The notes under the pieces were generated by a model. That model did no database searches. It saw nothing but the letters and a program-made list of their open reading frames with translations, and had not been told where the DNA came from. Made by a program: the position numbers and the translations under genes. This document shows positions 29,300 through 38,025 of a stretch of DNA of 46,830 nt, piece after piece (the stretch's first letter is position 1; each line of letters opens with the position of its first letter). The stretch comes from Bdellovibrionales bacterium (GTDB lineage Bacteria > Bdellovibrionota > Bdellovibrionia > Bdellovibrionales > JAMPXM01): NCBI GenBank assembly GCA_043739185.1, contig JAYUEN010000180.1:1-46830 (forward strand), given 5' to 3'.

Positions 29300-29780
29300 G
29301 CAGACAGGCGATATTCTTTGGCGCCACCGTAGATGCAAGGCTTAAGCAATTATTAGACTGTACATTCTGAGATTCCTTATTCAAGGAAATCTGCGAGTGA
29401 TCAAAATATGCAGAAATGAGGCTAGCGTTTGTCATTTTGGCATTTTCAAAAATCGTTCTGAAAAATTTTGCGCCCGAAAAATCAACATCTTCAAAATGTG
29501 AATTTATAAATTTAACATCAGTAAAAATAGCGCCTCTAAATGTCACGCGAGTGAAGTGAACATTGGTAAAGCTTGATTTTGAAATCGTCGATTCGTTCAA
29601 TTCAACATCCTCTAGTTTATGATTGTTGCCATTGATTTGAAAAAGTGACCGATATCTTTGCTGCGAGCATGAAACGACCAAATTATTTTTGACTTTGAGG
29701 CACTCAGAGTTTGGTGGCGTGAGGGAATATGTATTCAGGGGAGCGAGAAACAAATAAAAAGCTAATATAAAGACTTTCAT
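29289..29780 (-). CDS. Secreted pentapeptide-repeat protein
   Basis: SSFTN VHFTR VTFRG AIFTD VKFIN SHFED VDFSG AKFFR TIFEN repeats; signal peptide. Confidence 0.9.
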   Translation of the reverse strand: MKVFILAFYLFLAPLNTYSLTPPNSECLKVKNNLVVSCSQQRYRSLFQINGNNHKLEDVELNESTISKSSFTNVHFTRVTFRGAIFTDVKFINSHFEDVDFSGAKFFRTIFENAKMTNASLISAYFDHSQISLNKESQNVQSNNCLSLASTVAPKNIACLLNF

Positions 29781-31054
29781 TTTGAGTCCTCCTGTAAAAC
29801 AAAGAGTGGACCCTGGTCAGTGGGAATCCATATTTGACCTTTAGTAAAATGAGGAGTTGCGGTAATTTTAAAATCCCCTTTGAAAATGGATCTTGAAGTT
29901 TTCAGATTTTTATCTATTTCGCAAAGCTCTTGATCCTTGCAGACTTGATAAAGAATTGTCTGCTTGCCAGACTTTAAGATTTGAGGTGAGGAGATATTAA
30001 AGCGATTGCCCAAATCTATTTGAATCAAGTTTTTGCCTTCAAGGTCAATTCTATAAAGTTTAGATTGATCTGAAAAATAAACTCGATTGGCCTCGCGATC
30101 TAAAGCTGGGCTTGAACGAGAATTGGGTGAAATCGAGATTTCATTCACGATGGCTCCGCTGCTCGCATCAAGAATATGAAAACGACCCTCCATTGAAATT
30201 GCATAAAGTCGATTTTTAAAAAAGGCCGGAGCGCTTCGTAATGGGCCACCGGTGAGTTTTTGTTGCCAAAGCCTTGATCCGTCTTTTGTTGAAAAGGCGT
30301 AAAACTGTCCGTTATTTGCACCTAAAAAAACCAGAGATTGGTCGTCATTAGTTGATGGGCTTGAGTGTGATTGCTCTCCGAAAGCTTGGCTTCGCCAAAT
30401 CATTTCTCCTGTCCATTTATTTATTTTATAAAGATATCCATTGGGTGGCGAGGTCTCGGCATTTACAAAAAGAGCCTCACCTAAGAGCAGGGGACTCGCG
30501 CCGATTGCCTGACCGAGAAATTGATTCCAAATGATATGACCACTGGGTGCATCGATTCTTAGGATTCGGCCCGAGTAATCACCGATCCACAAATTATCTC
30601 CTTCAATGACCGCAGAAGAATGAATGCCTCGGTTTGAATTGGGAACAAAGAGCGACCAGCGAGTTTTGAAGGTCTTCTTGTCAATTGCATAAAACCATCC
30701 TGAGTCGGTTCCGACAAATGCCGTACTTTCATTTGAAATGACTGTCGACTTTGCAGCTGAATGGATGCCAACATTAAATGGGTCAAGGACTTTAATAATA
30801 TTAAAATGCTTTAATGCAGTTTCTAAAACTTCACCAGTGCGAAAAATATTCCCGCGAAACATTTGTATTGAAGCCTGTTCCGTATGCCCTGGGGCGCTCA
30901 CTTTTTCACTTTGATAATTTATAAAACGAAGCGGATCTGCGTTGTTATAGGTGCTGGGGTGTATGAGTTCGCCAAAACCATAGGTCAAAGCGCTTTGGGA
31001 AATATAAAGGGCTATAATAACAATATAGATTATCCCAAGCCACTTCACCATGAG
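29777..31054 (-). CDS. PQQ-like / BamB-like beta-propeller protein with N-terminal anchor
   Basis: Repeated x-D-x-x-(T/S)-G-x-x-x-W blades, HSSP motifs, MFRGN..RTG; ATG 31054 inferred. Confidence 0.85.
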   Translation of the reverse strand, partial: LMVKWLGIIYIVIIALYISQSALTYGFGELIHPSTYNNADPLRFINYQSEKVSAPGHTEQASIQMFRGNIFRTGEVLETALKHFNIIKVLDPFNVGIHSAAKSTVISNESTAFVGTDSGWFYAIDKKTFKTRWSLFVPNSNRGIHSSAVIEGDNLWIGDYSGRILRIDAPSGHIIWNQFLGQAIGASPLLLGEALFVNAETSPPNGYLYKINKWTGEMIWRSQAFGEQSHSSPSTNDDQSLVFLGANNGQFYAFSTKDGSRLWQQKLTGGPLRSAPAFFKNRLYAISMEGRFHILDASSGAIVNEISISPNSRSSPALDREANRVYFSDQSKLYRIDLEGKNLIQIDLGNRFNISSPQILKSGKQTILYQVCKDQELCEIDKNLKTSRSIFKGDFKITATPHFTKGQIWIPTDQGPLFVLQEDSK

Positions 31055-32226
31055 ACTCGCCCTAACATATTGACTGAAAATTTCTTTGCGCAAACGTTTT
31101 GGATATTCAGTACGTCGTGAAAGTGAGTTTCACTTTGCAGTCGCGTCTGCAATGAAAAGTCGACTTCGGTTTGAGGTGCAAGTTTGTGGCAGAGTTCATT
31201 GAGATAGGCGGCATATATCAATGGATCACATTTTATGCGTGGCGCATTCGTTTCAGGAACATAATTCGTCAAAATCGTATTTGTGCCGGAACGGATAATG
31301 ACCTGATTGAGGCAAGATGGTTTGCCGTCTAGCATATTCAGAGAAAAGCTTCTGCCTATGCCGTCAATATTTGAATTTGGATAGGCGAAAACGCGAAAGA
31401 TCTGCAAGGCAAATAAGATAAGCAAAAGTGCTGGAGCTATTGGCTTGGTGAATTTTTGTGGTGGCGCAGTTATTAAAAAATAAAAGCTTAAAATCAAAAA
31501 CATAGTGATTGGATAGAAGTAGCCAACCACCTGCCAAGAAATCAGATGAAAAATCAAAAAGCTGCTAATAATGAGCCACCAAGCTTTTGATTTAAACGGG
31601 ACGACATAAATAAGAGGGGCCATTAAGAGTTCAAGAGGAATTACAAACAAAAAGGCCCAATATTGCAAAGCCTTTGGGAAGAAGATTTCTTTAAGCATTG
31701 CGGAGCCACTTAGCCACTCGGGATTGATTTTTAAAAATCCCGCGGCAATATAAAAGAGCGGAATTAAAAAATAGATGCTCTTGATCTTGTTCGGCACAAA
31801 TAAATAAAACAAAACCACCAAAAAATGCATAAAGTGATAGTTGCCCATGAGTCGATAGTCTTGCGAGAACATTAAAAATTTAAGTGCTAGACCCAAAAGT
31901 AAAAGCCAATAAGCGACTTTGGTTCTTCTGCTTGCAAATCCAAAAATTGAAAAAATCGCGGTGCAAGCGATTGCCCCACAAAAATATTGATGATTGTGAG
32001 CAATAAAGTTACGTAGAGTTTCGCAATTCGAGAAATAATACCAGCAATATGCAGTCGAATTGGTTTCGACATATCCTTGCCACCAAAAATAAACCGTTAA
32101 AAATGAAATAAAGTTCAAGGCGATGCCATACTTCACAAGAGAGGCGTGGCTATGAATCTCTTCAACTTGATCATTGAAATATTTTAGCAGGGAAGATGGT
32201 GAAATCAAAAGTTGTGGGCCTTTCAA
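31045..32226 (-). CDS. HTTM-domain (vitamin K-dependent gamma-carboxylase-like) membrane protein
   Basis: Multi-TM; NYH motif, YIAAGFLKINPEWLSG, FH in a later TM, R.FSLNM. Confidence 0.7.
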   Translation of the reverse strand: MKGPQLLISPSSLLKYFNDQVEEIHSHASLVKYGIALNFISFLTVYFWWQGYVETNSTAYCWYYFSNCETLRNFIAHNHQYFCGAIACTAIFSIFGFASRRTKVAYWLLLLGLALKFLMFSQDYRLMGNYHFMHFLVVLFYLFVPNKIKSIYFLIPLFYIAAGFLKINPEWLSGSAMLKEIFFPKALQYWAFLFVIPLELLMAPLIYVVPFKSKAWWLIISSFLIFHLISWQVVGYFYPITMFLILSFYFLITAPPQKFTKPIAPALLLILFALQIFRVFAYPNSNIDGIGRSFSLNMLDGKPSCLNQVIIRSGTNTILTNYVPETNAPRIKCDPLIYAAYLNELCHKLAPQTEVDFSLQTRLQSETHFHDVLNIQNVCAKKFSVNMLGRVSW

Positions 32227-32479
32227 GATTCTGAAAATTTAACGGGTGCGATCAGTAGATTATTTCGAACTTAAAAAAAATGGGCAAGCAAAAGCTTTAG
32301 GGTTTTTGAATTCTTTCTGCCTTTGTCTCGTAAAATGTCGAAAACTTCAGCGCTCAGCAGCTGGCATTCGGGAAGCAGTTAGCTGCAACAGATCCAGGAT
32401 CTCGAAACTGAAACAGCCAATCGGCCCACTGCCGCGGGTGCCACGAAAACTGCTTTTAACTCTAATGACTAAATGAGAT

Positions 32480-32695
32480 ATGTTTTTGAAAAAACAAATT
32501 GGGTTTGTGATGATCACGGCTGCAAGTCTCTTTGCCATTGGGGTTCAGGGCAAAGATTTGATTCGAACGAATGTGCAAAGCGAAGAGAGTCCTTTGCTTC
32601 AACTCGCGGCGTGGATTGCCGTGCAATCTCAAGCCGTATTTGTTACCGGTGATAACGGCACCGTCGTTTCATTTTCACAAAGCGGCGGCAATTAG
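32480..32695 (+). CDS. Small hypothetical exported peptide
   Basis: Signal-like N-terminus; its stop overlaps the stop of the convergent gene. Confidence 0.4.
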   Translation: MFLKKQIGFVMITAASLFAIGVQGKDLIRTNVQSEESPLLQLAAWIAVQSQAVFVTGDNGTVVSFSQSGGN

Positions 32696-33597
32696 TAAAT
32701 GCAGCCGTGCTGAGCACTTAGATTTGCCAATCCAGTATTGGCTAAATAAGCCGAGTTAGACCATTCCATTTGAAGTTTCCAAACAGTCGAATTGCTAAAA
32801 GTTGAAAGGCCATTTCCAGGCGGGAAGCTCCAGGCGCATTTGTCGCCGTTTTCCTGGCCGCTGCTATCAAACCAGCTCGAACCTCTTGGGTCGGTGATGC
32901 TTTCAAGTAGCTCATGGGCAGTGACATTGGCGACGGCTGCAAGTCCTTGAGAGTGTCCAGAGCTTGAGTCTTGCGGATCACATCCTGCGATTCCATCAAT
33001 ATTGGGCATATATGCGACTTGCACTTGGGCTCCGCTCGAGCAACTTCCCCAAGAATGCCACGCACAGTAATTTACTTTGCCGGCCCCGGTTGCTGTATAG
33101 ATAAAATAAACGGTACTAGGATCGGGATGATTTTGGGTAACTTTGCAAACCTCACTGATTGCCTGTGAGGTTGAGAGCGCTCGATTCGGAACAACCGAGC
33201 TGTCGATAAGATGACCTTGATAGGTTGAAGCTGGCGAAATGAGGCCAGTGCTATCGTAATATTCTGAGCTCGTGAAAGCATATCTTGAATTGCCAAATCC
33301 CAAAAAGAAAGAATCAAGGCCTGAAATTTTGTCCGATGCAAAGCTCGTATTATTCCAACTAGAGCCCCAGAAAATAGCCGCGGTTGCATTTGCTCTTAAA
33401 ACCTTGCCACCATGAAAGCTCATGAGGGGGCTTGCAGTCGAGCCGCCAGACCGTGCATGCCCTGAGTGCATGGTGTTTTGATACATATAGGTTGGCTCTT
33501 CGAATTGGCTTTCTTCGTGGGAGTTGAACTCATTTGAATGAGCTAGTGCAATTGAGGAAATAAATAAACTCAAACCATAAATTAAAAACTGCTTCAT
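32692..33597 (-). CDS. Secreted Phi-1/EXORDIUM-like protein
   Basis: MSFHGGKVL, IFWG, YCAWHS, AHELLESITDP, WFD..GQENGDKCAW, LQMEWSN; AAGGAG RBS. Confidence 0.75.
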   Translation of the reverse strand: MKQFLIYGLSLFISSIALAHSNEFNSHEESQFEEPTYMYQNTMHSGHARSGGSTASPLMSFHGGKVLRANATAAIFWGSSWNNTSFASDKISGLDSFFLGFGNSRYAFTSSEYYDSTGLISPASTYQGHLIDSSVVPNRALSTSQAISEVCKVTQNHPDPSTVYFIYTATGAGKVNYCAWHSWGSCSSGAQVQVAYMPNIDGIAGCDPQDSSSGHSQGLAAVANVTAHELLESITDPRGSSWFDSSGQENGDKCAWSFPPGNGLSTFSNSTVWKLQMEWSNSAYLANTGLANLSAQHGCIY

Positions 33598-33643
33598 ATT
33601 GAACTCTCCTTAAAAAAAGTAAGTGAAGATGACTGAAAGAGAG

Positions 33644-33659
33644 AGCAAGCGATGCGCCG
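33644..33659 (-). promoter_or_regulatory. sigma54 -24/-12 promoter
   Basis: Minus strand CGGCGCATCGCTTGCT (GG-N10-GC), 46 bp before ATG 33597. Confidence 0.72.
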
Positions 33660-33694
33660 CTATGGGTGTGGGCTAAAGGTGTAAATTTAAAGAG

Positions 33695-33711
33695 AATCTC
33701 AAATTGAGATT
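33695..33711. promoter_or_regulatory. Perfect palindrome, candidate protein-binding site
   Basis: AATCTCA-AAT-TGAGATT between the sigma54 promoter and element copy B. Confidence 0.45.
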
Positions 33712-33754
33712 GCGTGGAGTGATGACATCTGTTTGCCGTTTTACCAGGTGTCTA

Positions 33755-33810
33755 TGAATCAGCTGGAGTGAATCAGCTGGAGTGAATCTGTTGGAGTGAA
33801 TCAATTAGAA
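33755..33810. repeat. 14-bp tandem repeat (about 4 copies, degenerating)
   Basis: tgaatcagctggag tgaatcagctggag tgaatctgttggag tgaatcaattagaa. Confidence 0.9.
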
Positions 33811-33870
33811 TCAGTTTTAGCGGCAGCTGCGGCGGTTGACAGTTTGGCTGTTTCGGTCTCGGTTTTTGGG
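33808..33870 (-). repeat. Dispersed ~63-bp intergenic element, copy B
   Basis: Reverse complement CCCAAAAACCGAGACCGAAACAGCCAAACTGTCAACCGCCGCAGCTGCCGCTAAAACTGATTC; last 50 nt are 40/50 identical to A and 41/50 to C. Confidence 0.85.
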
Positions 33871-34074
33871 TGCGCAGGAATACCATGATGCCGTATGCCG
33901 ACGTTTAGTAGCGGGAGAATGAACATATCTTGAAGTCATGCCGATTCTTTTAAGTTACTGACTCCTAAAATTTATCAAGACTCACAACATTACAATCGGG
34001 ATCTTTGATTGCGGATTGGGAATTCTTGTAATATCTACAGGGCTCAATTTTAAAACGCTCCGGGGGGGGGACTC

Positions 34075-34719
34075 ATGTCAAGATATTCATTTATTTTAGC
34101 TACTTTTGTATTATTCGCTTTTGCAAACTTGCAGGCCCAAACACCTGTTACAGGGGATGAAGTAGTCCCCCATTTTGCGCAAGTTGCGCCCGGAATTTAT
34201 CGTGGTGGAACTCCTGAGCTTAGTAACGGAGTTGCCTACCTACATGAGCAGGGAATTAAAACGATCATCAATTTGCAGGGCGCAGACCTGGTTTTAAAAT
34301 ATAGCGCTTCAGAGCGCTCAGATAGTCGTAATAAGGAAGGCGAAGCGGCAGTTCAATTGGGCATGAAATATTTTAATTTGGCAATTCCGGCAGCGGCTGA
34401 TTTTTCTGATGCTGATAAAGAGAATATGGGAAGAGCCGTTCGTATTATGAGTAGTCCTGAGTTTCAGCCGGTTTACGTGCATTGCAAGCTAGGAAATGAC
34501 CGAACTGGCGTTGTGATTGGCCTATATCGTATACTTTTTCAAGATTGGACTGCTAAACAATCGAACGACGAAATGACCGAAAATGGTCACAGGGGACTAA
34601 GAGGATTTTTCACTCCATACTTGAGCCCATTTTTGTTTCGCATTTCTGATGAGAAAGACTTTGCACTAAAAGGTAAGCCAGTTGAGGATCAAAGTTTTTT
34701 TGATGCCTTGAAAAACTAA
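34075..34719 (+). CDS. Secreted protein-tyrosine/dual-specificity phosphatase (Siw14-like)
   Basis: PVYVHCKLGNDRTG (HCx5R), IYRGG.P, GIKTIINL; signal peptide. Confidence 0.9.
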   Translation: MSRYSFILATFVLFAFANLQAQTPVTGDEVVPHFAQVAPGIYRGGTPELSNGVAYLHEQGIKTIINLQGADLVLKYSASERSDSRNKEGEAAVQLGMKYFNLAIPAAADFSDADKENMGRAVRIMSSPEFQPVYVHCKLGNDRTGVVIGLYRILFQDWTAKQSNDEMTENGHRGLRGFFTPYLSPFLFRISDEKDFALKGKPVEDQSFFDALKN

Positions 34720-34728
34720 GGCTTCACA

Positions 34729-34757
34729 TTGACTTTTCTAGTGCGGCGCGCTATATT
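34729..34757 (+). promoter_or_regulatory. sigma70-like promoter
   Basis: TTGACT-N17-TATATT upstream of the GGAG RBS and ATG 34788. Confidence 0.55.
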
Positions 34758-34787
34758 CTTGGGCCCTTACACAATTTCGGAGATTCA

Positions 34788-35723
34788 ATGAAGAGAATTT
34801 TGGCGCTCTCGCTTGCTGGTTTTTGTTTTTTACCTTTAGTCGCTCGCGCGAGTATATGTCGACCAGCTTCGCCGGCTGAATATTTGGTTTTTAGCAGAGG
34901 CGATCTTCAATATGAATCAAGCGATTTTCAAGGTCTTACTGGCGCAGGTTCAAAGGTCACGATGAAGGATTTTAATATCCATCGCAGTCCTCCGGCTTCA
35001 GGCTGTCCTTCACTGATAGCAGGGAGCGATGTTAGTCTCGTTGATGGCTCTATACAGGGTGGCGGCGTTCACTCAGGCGGACACATACGATTGAGACGTG
35101 TGAGTGTTCAGGGCGAACTCAAGGCCCTTGGCGGAGTTTCAAGTATTGACTCGAATACAACCGGATCGTTAAAGGCACAAAGCAGCTCTGTTGAAAGTTT
35201 GGTTTCGACTTCTCGATTTTTTGTAAATCAGTCGCGTCGTTTTTCAGAAATGCCAGCTAAAGCATATTCAAGCTCAAGCAATAATATTAACTTCGAAGCT
35301 GAGCCGTCGGGAATGAGTGTATTTCAAATTTCTGCTGAAAGGCTTGCGCAAAATTCAATTATTCGCCTTCGGGGCTCCGCTCTTTCTTGGATCGTAATAA
35401 ATGTCTTGGGATCAAATGCATCTATACGTGCGCAAGATATTCGTCTTGAAGGTGGCATTGGGTTTGGCCGAGTTTTGTTTAATTTTGTAAACGCAACTGA
35501 TCTCGATATTACCGCTAGCGGGGAAATTCATTACGGAATTCCTGCGACGATCCTGGCCCCACTTGCAGCTACGCAATTTTGGAATGGACTCATTAGCGGT
35601 GGCCTCTATATTGGGAGCCTCTGCGGAAATGGCCAAGTCAATCCTGGCGTTTTTAGCGGATGGTTAACTGAAGCCAATGTCGATGCGCCGGTTCCTGCTT
35701 TACGGTGCCAATATTGCAAGTAA
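34788..35723 (+). CDS. Choice-of-anchor A family secreted protein
   Basis: SDFQG...G, IVINV.G, VLFNF.NAT.L, TILAP.A, NG.I.G pattern. Confidence 0.75.
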   Translation: MKRILALSLAGFCFLPLVARASICRPASPAEYLVFSRGDLQYESSDFQGLTGAGSKVTMKDFNIHRSPPASGCPSLIAGSDVSLVDGSIQGGGVHSGGHIRLRRVSVQGELKALGGVSSIDSNTTGSLKAQSSSVESLVSTSRFFVNQSRRFSEMPAKAYSSSSNNINFEAEPSGMSVFQISAERLAQNSIIRLRGSALSWIVINVLGSNASIRAQDIRLEGGIGFGRVLFNFVNATDLDITASGEIHYGIPATILAPLAATQFWNGLISGGLYIGSLCGNGQVNPGVFSGWLTEANVDAPVPALRCQYCK

Positions 35724-35764
35724 TTGGTAGCAAGAGCTTTCACCCTTTGCCTCTAGGACCACGC

Positions 35765-37003
35765 ATGATTCTTAAAATTCTCACATTTTTGATAGCACTT
35801 TCATCCTCGGCATTGGCGGCCCCAAATGCCGAAGTACGTCTGCATTCAGAACCCGAGAGTTCTTTGCTTGCGCGCTTGCAGTCTATTTTGAGTTCACAGA
35901 ATGAAATTTCAATTGAAGCCTTTTATTTAGAAAATGATTCGGTCGCAAATTTTTTGTTGTCTCAATTGGCAAATCAAAAGAAGCAGTGGCCAGCATTAAA
36001 CATAAGAATTGTAACCGATGCTTGGGGATCGAGTTCGCAGCCGCTTGAGAATATTTGCTACTGGAAGAACCAGGGACTCGATTGGAAGAACTTTAATCCA
36101 AGCACGGGTTTAAGTCAGGTTTTTAATCAAGAGCGTACCCACCGCAAAATTTGGTTGAGTGATACGGGTCTTATTGTTGGCGGACGAAATCTAGCCGCTG
36201 AGCACTTTAAAAAAGAAAAGCTGGATTGGGATCTTGAGGTGAAAGCCGAAGCCAATAGTCAGATATTAGCTGGGGCGAAAAGTGCTTTTCAAAAAATGTG
36301 GAGCTTGAGTCAAGAGGTCAATTGTTCGAAGTCAAAAAATCAAGCGAACATCAAGATGAATCAAAAGGAAATTGAGGAAATTTTAAGTGAAGTTAAAATT
36401 CCGGCGTGGCATAGCGCTTACCTAAATTGGCAGACAGAGGCCCACAATCAAAACCAGTTGGTAGCAAAAGAAATTCTTAGACTATTTAAAACGGCAAAAC
36501 AGAGCTTGATATTAGACAATGCCTATTTTATTCCTCCTCGTGCTTTTAATAAATTATTTCAAAAGTTCGCGCAAAAGAAACTAGACATGAGCTTTTATCT
36601 CAGCGGGCCTCAGCCCAATTTGATTTGGCAGGGTCAAATTACTCAATGCCTATCTGCTCCTTACCAAGAGGACTTAATTTCTCAAGGGGTTCAAATTTAT
36701 CACCCCATCGAAGAGGTTCTTCATAGCAAGGCCTTTCTGATTGATGGCCAAATCCTGGGGATTGGCTCTTTCAATTTAGATTATCGTTCCGCCAACTGGA
36801 ATATTGAAGATGTCATGGTGGCTACTGAGGCTCCAGAATTGATTGCTGAATTTAAGGAAGCTCGGTCCCTAAGACTGAAGCGCGCATTGTTAGTAAAGAA
36901 TTCGCAAGATTTGTGGAAACAAAAAGGCGAACTTGATCACGAAGAGCTTGAATGCCGTGACCATGGCCAGGATTACAGTTCGCTTCTAAAGTATTTTTTC
37001 TAA
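35765..37003 (+). CDS. Secreted phospholipase D / cardiolipin synthase-like protein
   Basis: Two HKD motifs, HRKIWLSD..GGRN and HSKAFLID..GSFNLD.RS; signal peptide from ATG 35765. Confidence 0.9.
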   Translation: MILKILTFLIALSSSALAAPNAEVRLHSEPESSLLARLQSILSSQNEISIEAFYLENDSVANFLLSQLANQKKQWPALNIRIVTDAWGSSSQPLENICYWKNQGLDWKNFNPSTGLSQVFNQERTHRKIWLSDTGLIVGGRNLAAEHFKKEKLDWDLEVKAEANSQILAGAKSAFQKMWSLSQEVNCSKSKNQANIKMNQKEIEEILSEVKIPAWHSAYLNWQTEAHNQNQLVAKEILRLFKTAKQSLILDNAYFIPPRAFNKLFQKFAQKKLDMSFYLSGPQPNLIWQGQITQCLSAPYQEDLISQGVQIYHPIEEVLHSKAFLIDGQILGIGSFNLDYRSANWNIEDVMVATEAPELIAEFKEARSLRLKRALLVKNSQDLWKQKGELDHEELECRDHGQDYSSLLKYFF

Positions 37004-37038
37004 TACCAATTGCTAATATGGTCTTGCTTGCTTGAGGT

Positions 37039-37054
37039 ATAGGTTATTTACTAT
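37039..37054. promoter_or_regulatory. Candidate LysR autoregulatory box
   Basis: ATAGGTTATTTACTAT dyad, similar to the box upstream of the isonitrile operon. Confidence 0.5.
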
Positions 37055-37083
37055 AGCCAAAGTATTTCATCAAGGATTGAACC

Positions 37084-37929
37084 ATGTTACCAAGTGCAAC
37101 TGATCTTGAATATTTTTTAGAAGTTTCGCGCACACTTAATATCTCAAGGGCAGCCGAAAGAATCGGAATCACGCAGCCAACACTCACACAATCTATTCGA
37201 AAGCTCGAGTCCTCCGTCGGTGCTCAACTCCTCATTCGAACTAGGACGGGGGTTCGCCTTACTAAATCAGGACAGAGAATATCAGGTCAAGTTTTAGCGC
37301 TTCTTGAATCCTGGGCCAATGTTCAAAAAGAGGCGCAAGAAGACGAATTTGAGTTGCAAGGCAAATTTCGCGTCGGAGTTCACCCATCGGTTGCAAGATA
37401 TACTCTGCCGCAATTTTTTAAGCTTCTATCTCGTAAGGCCCCGCGCGTAGAGCTTGAATTGATTCATGATCTCTCTAGGAGAATTACCGATTCAGTAATT
37501 AACTTTAAGGTCGACCTCGGTTTTGTAATCAATCCTGTAGAGCATCCAGATTTGGTATTAAAGAAGCTTTGTGAAGATCAGGTCACAGTTTTTGAATCAC
37601 CAAAAGAAAGATACGGTAAATTATTGTTCGGAGACCCTGAGCTCATTCAAACTCAATGGGTTTTAAAGCGTCTGAAAAAGGCTTCCCTTGATTTTTCAAA
37701 CTTTGTCCCGGCGCCAAATCTCGAAGTGGTTTACTGTATGGTAGCAGCAGGGGCGGGTTATGGGGTCCTACCCGGAAGGGTCGCCAAGAGCGAGGCTGGA
37801 GCAAAATTGAGTGTCGTCGATGTCAAACTGCCAAGTTTTAAAGACGAATTGTTCTTAGCCTATCGAAAAGAAGTTATGAGTTCTCGTGCCGCCAAAACCC
37901 TTATCGAGTGCGGTAGGGAATGTTTCTAG
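37084..37929 (+). CDS. LysR-type transcriptional regulator
   Basis: LEYFLEV....NISRAAERIGITQPTLTQSIRKLE..VG..LL.RT..GV.LT..G HTH plus substrate-binding domain. Confidence 0.96.
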   Translation: MLPSATDLEYFLEVSRTLNISRAAERIGITQPTLTQSIRKLESSVGAQLLIRTRTGVRLTKSGQRISGQVLALLESWANVQKEAQEDEFELQGKFRVGVHPSVARYTLPQFFKLLSRKAPRVELELIHDLSRRITDSVINFKVDLGFVINPVEHPDLVLKKLCEDQVTVFESPKERYGKLLFGDPELIQTQWVLKRLKKASLDFSNFVPAPNLEVVYCMVAAGAGYGVLPGRVAKSEAGAKLSVVDVKLPSFKDELFLAYRKEVMSSRAAKTLIECGRECF

Positions 37930-37933
37930 AGAC

Positions 37934-37971
37934 ATAGGTTTTGACCTATATCAATGATAGATCCTAATTAT
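37934..37971. promoter_or_regulatory. Candidate LysR recognition and activation sites for the isonitrile operon
   Basis: Perfect ATAGGT-TTTG-ACCTAT (37934-37949) followed by ATAG-N7-TTAT (37957-37971, T-N11-A). Confidence 0.6.
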
Positions 37972-38025
37972 TATACTTAATGCCACAAGTTTTCTATTAC
38001 TAGCTTAAGAAGTAATGGAGGTCTT

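Noticed and set aside
33755..33810. 14-bp repeats as a CRISPR array
   Set aside because: The repeats are contiguous with no spacers, are too short, and no cas genes are present
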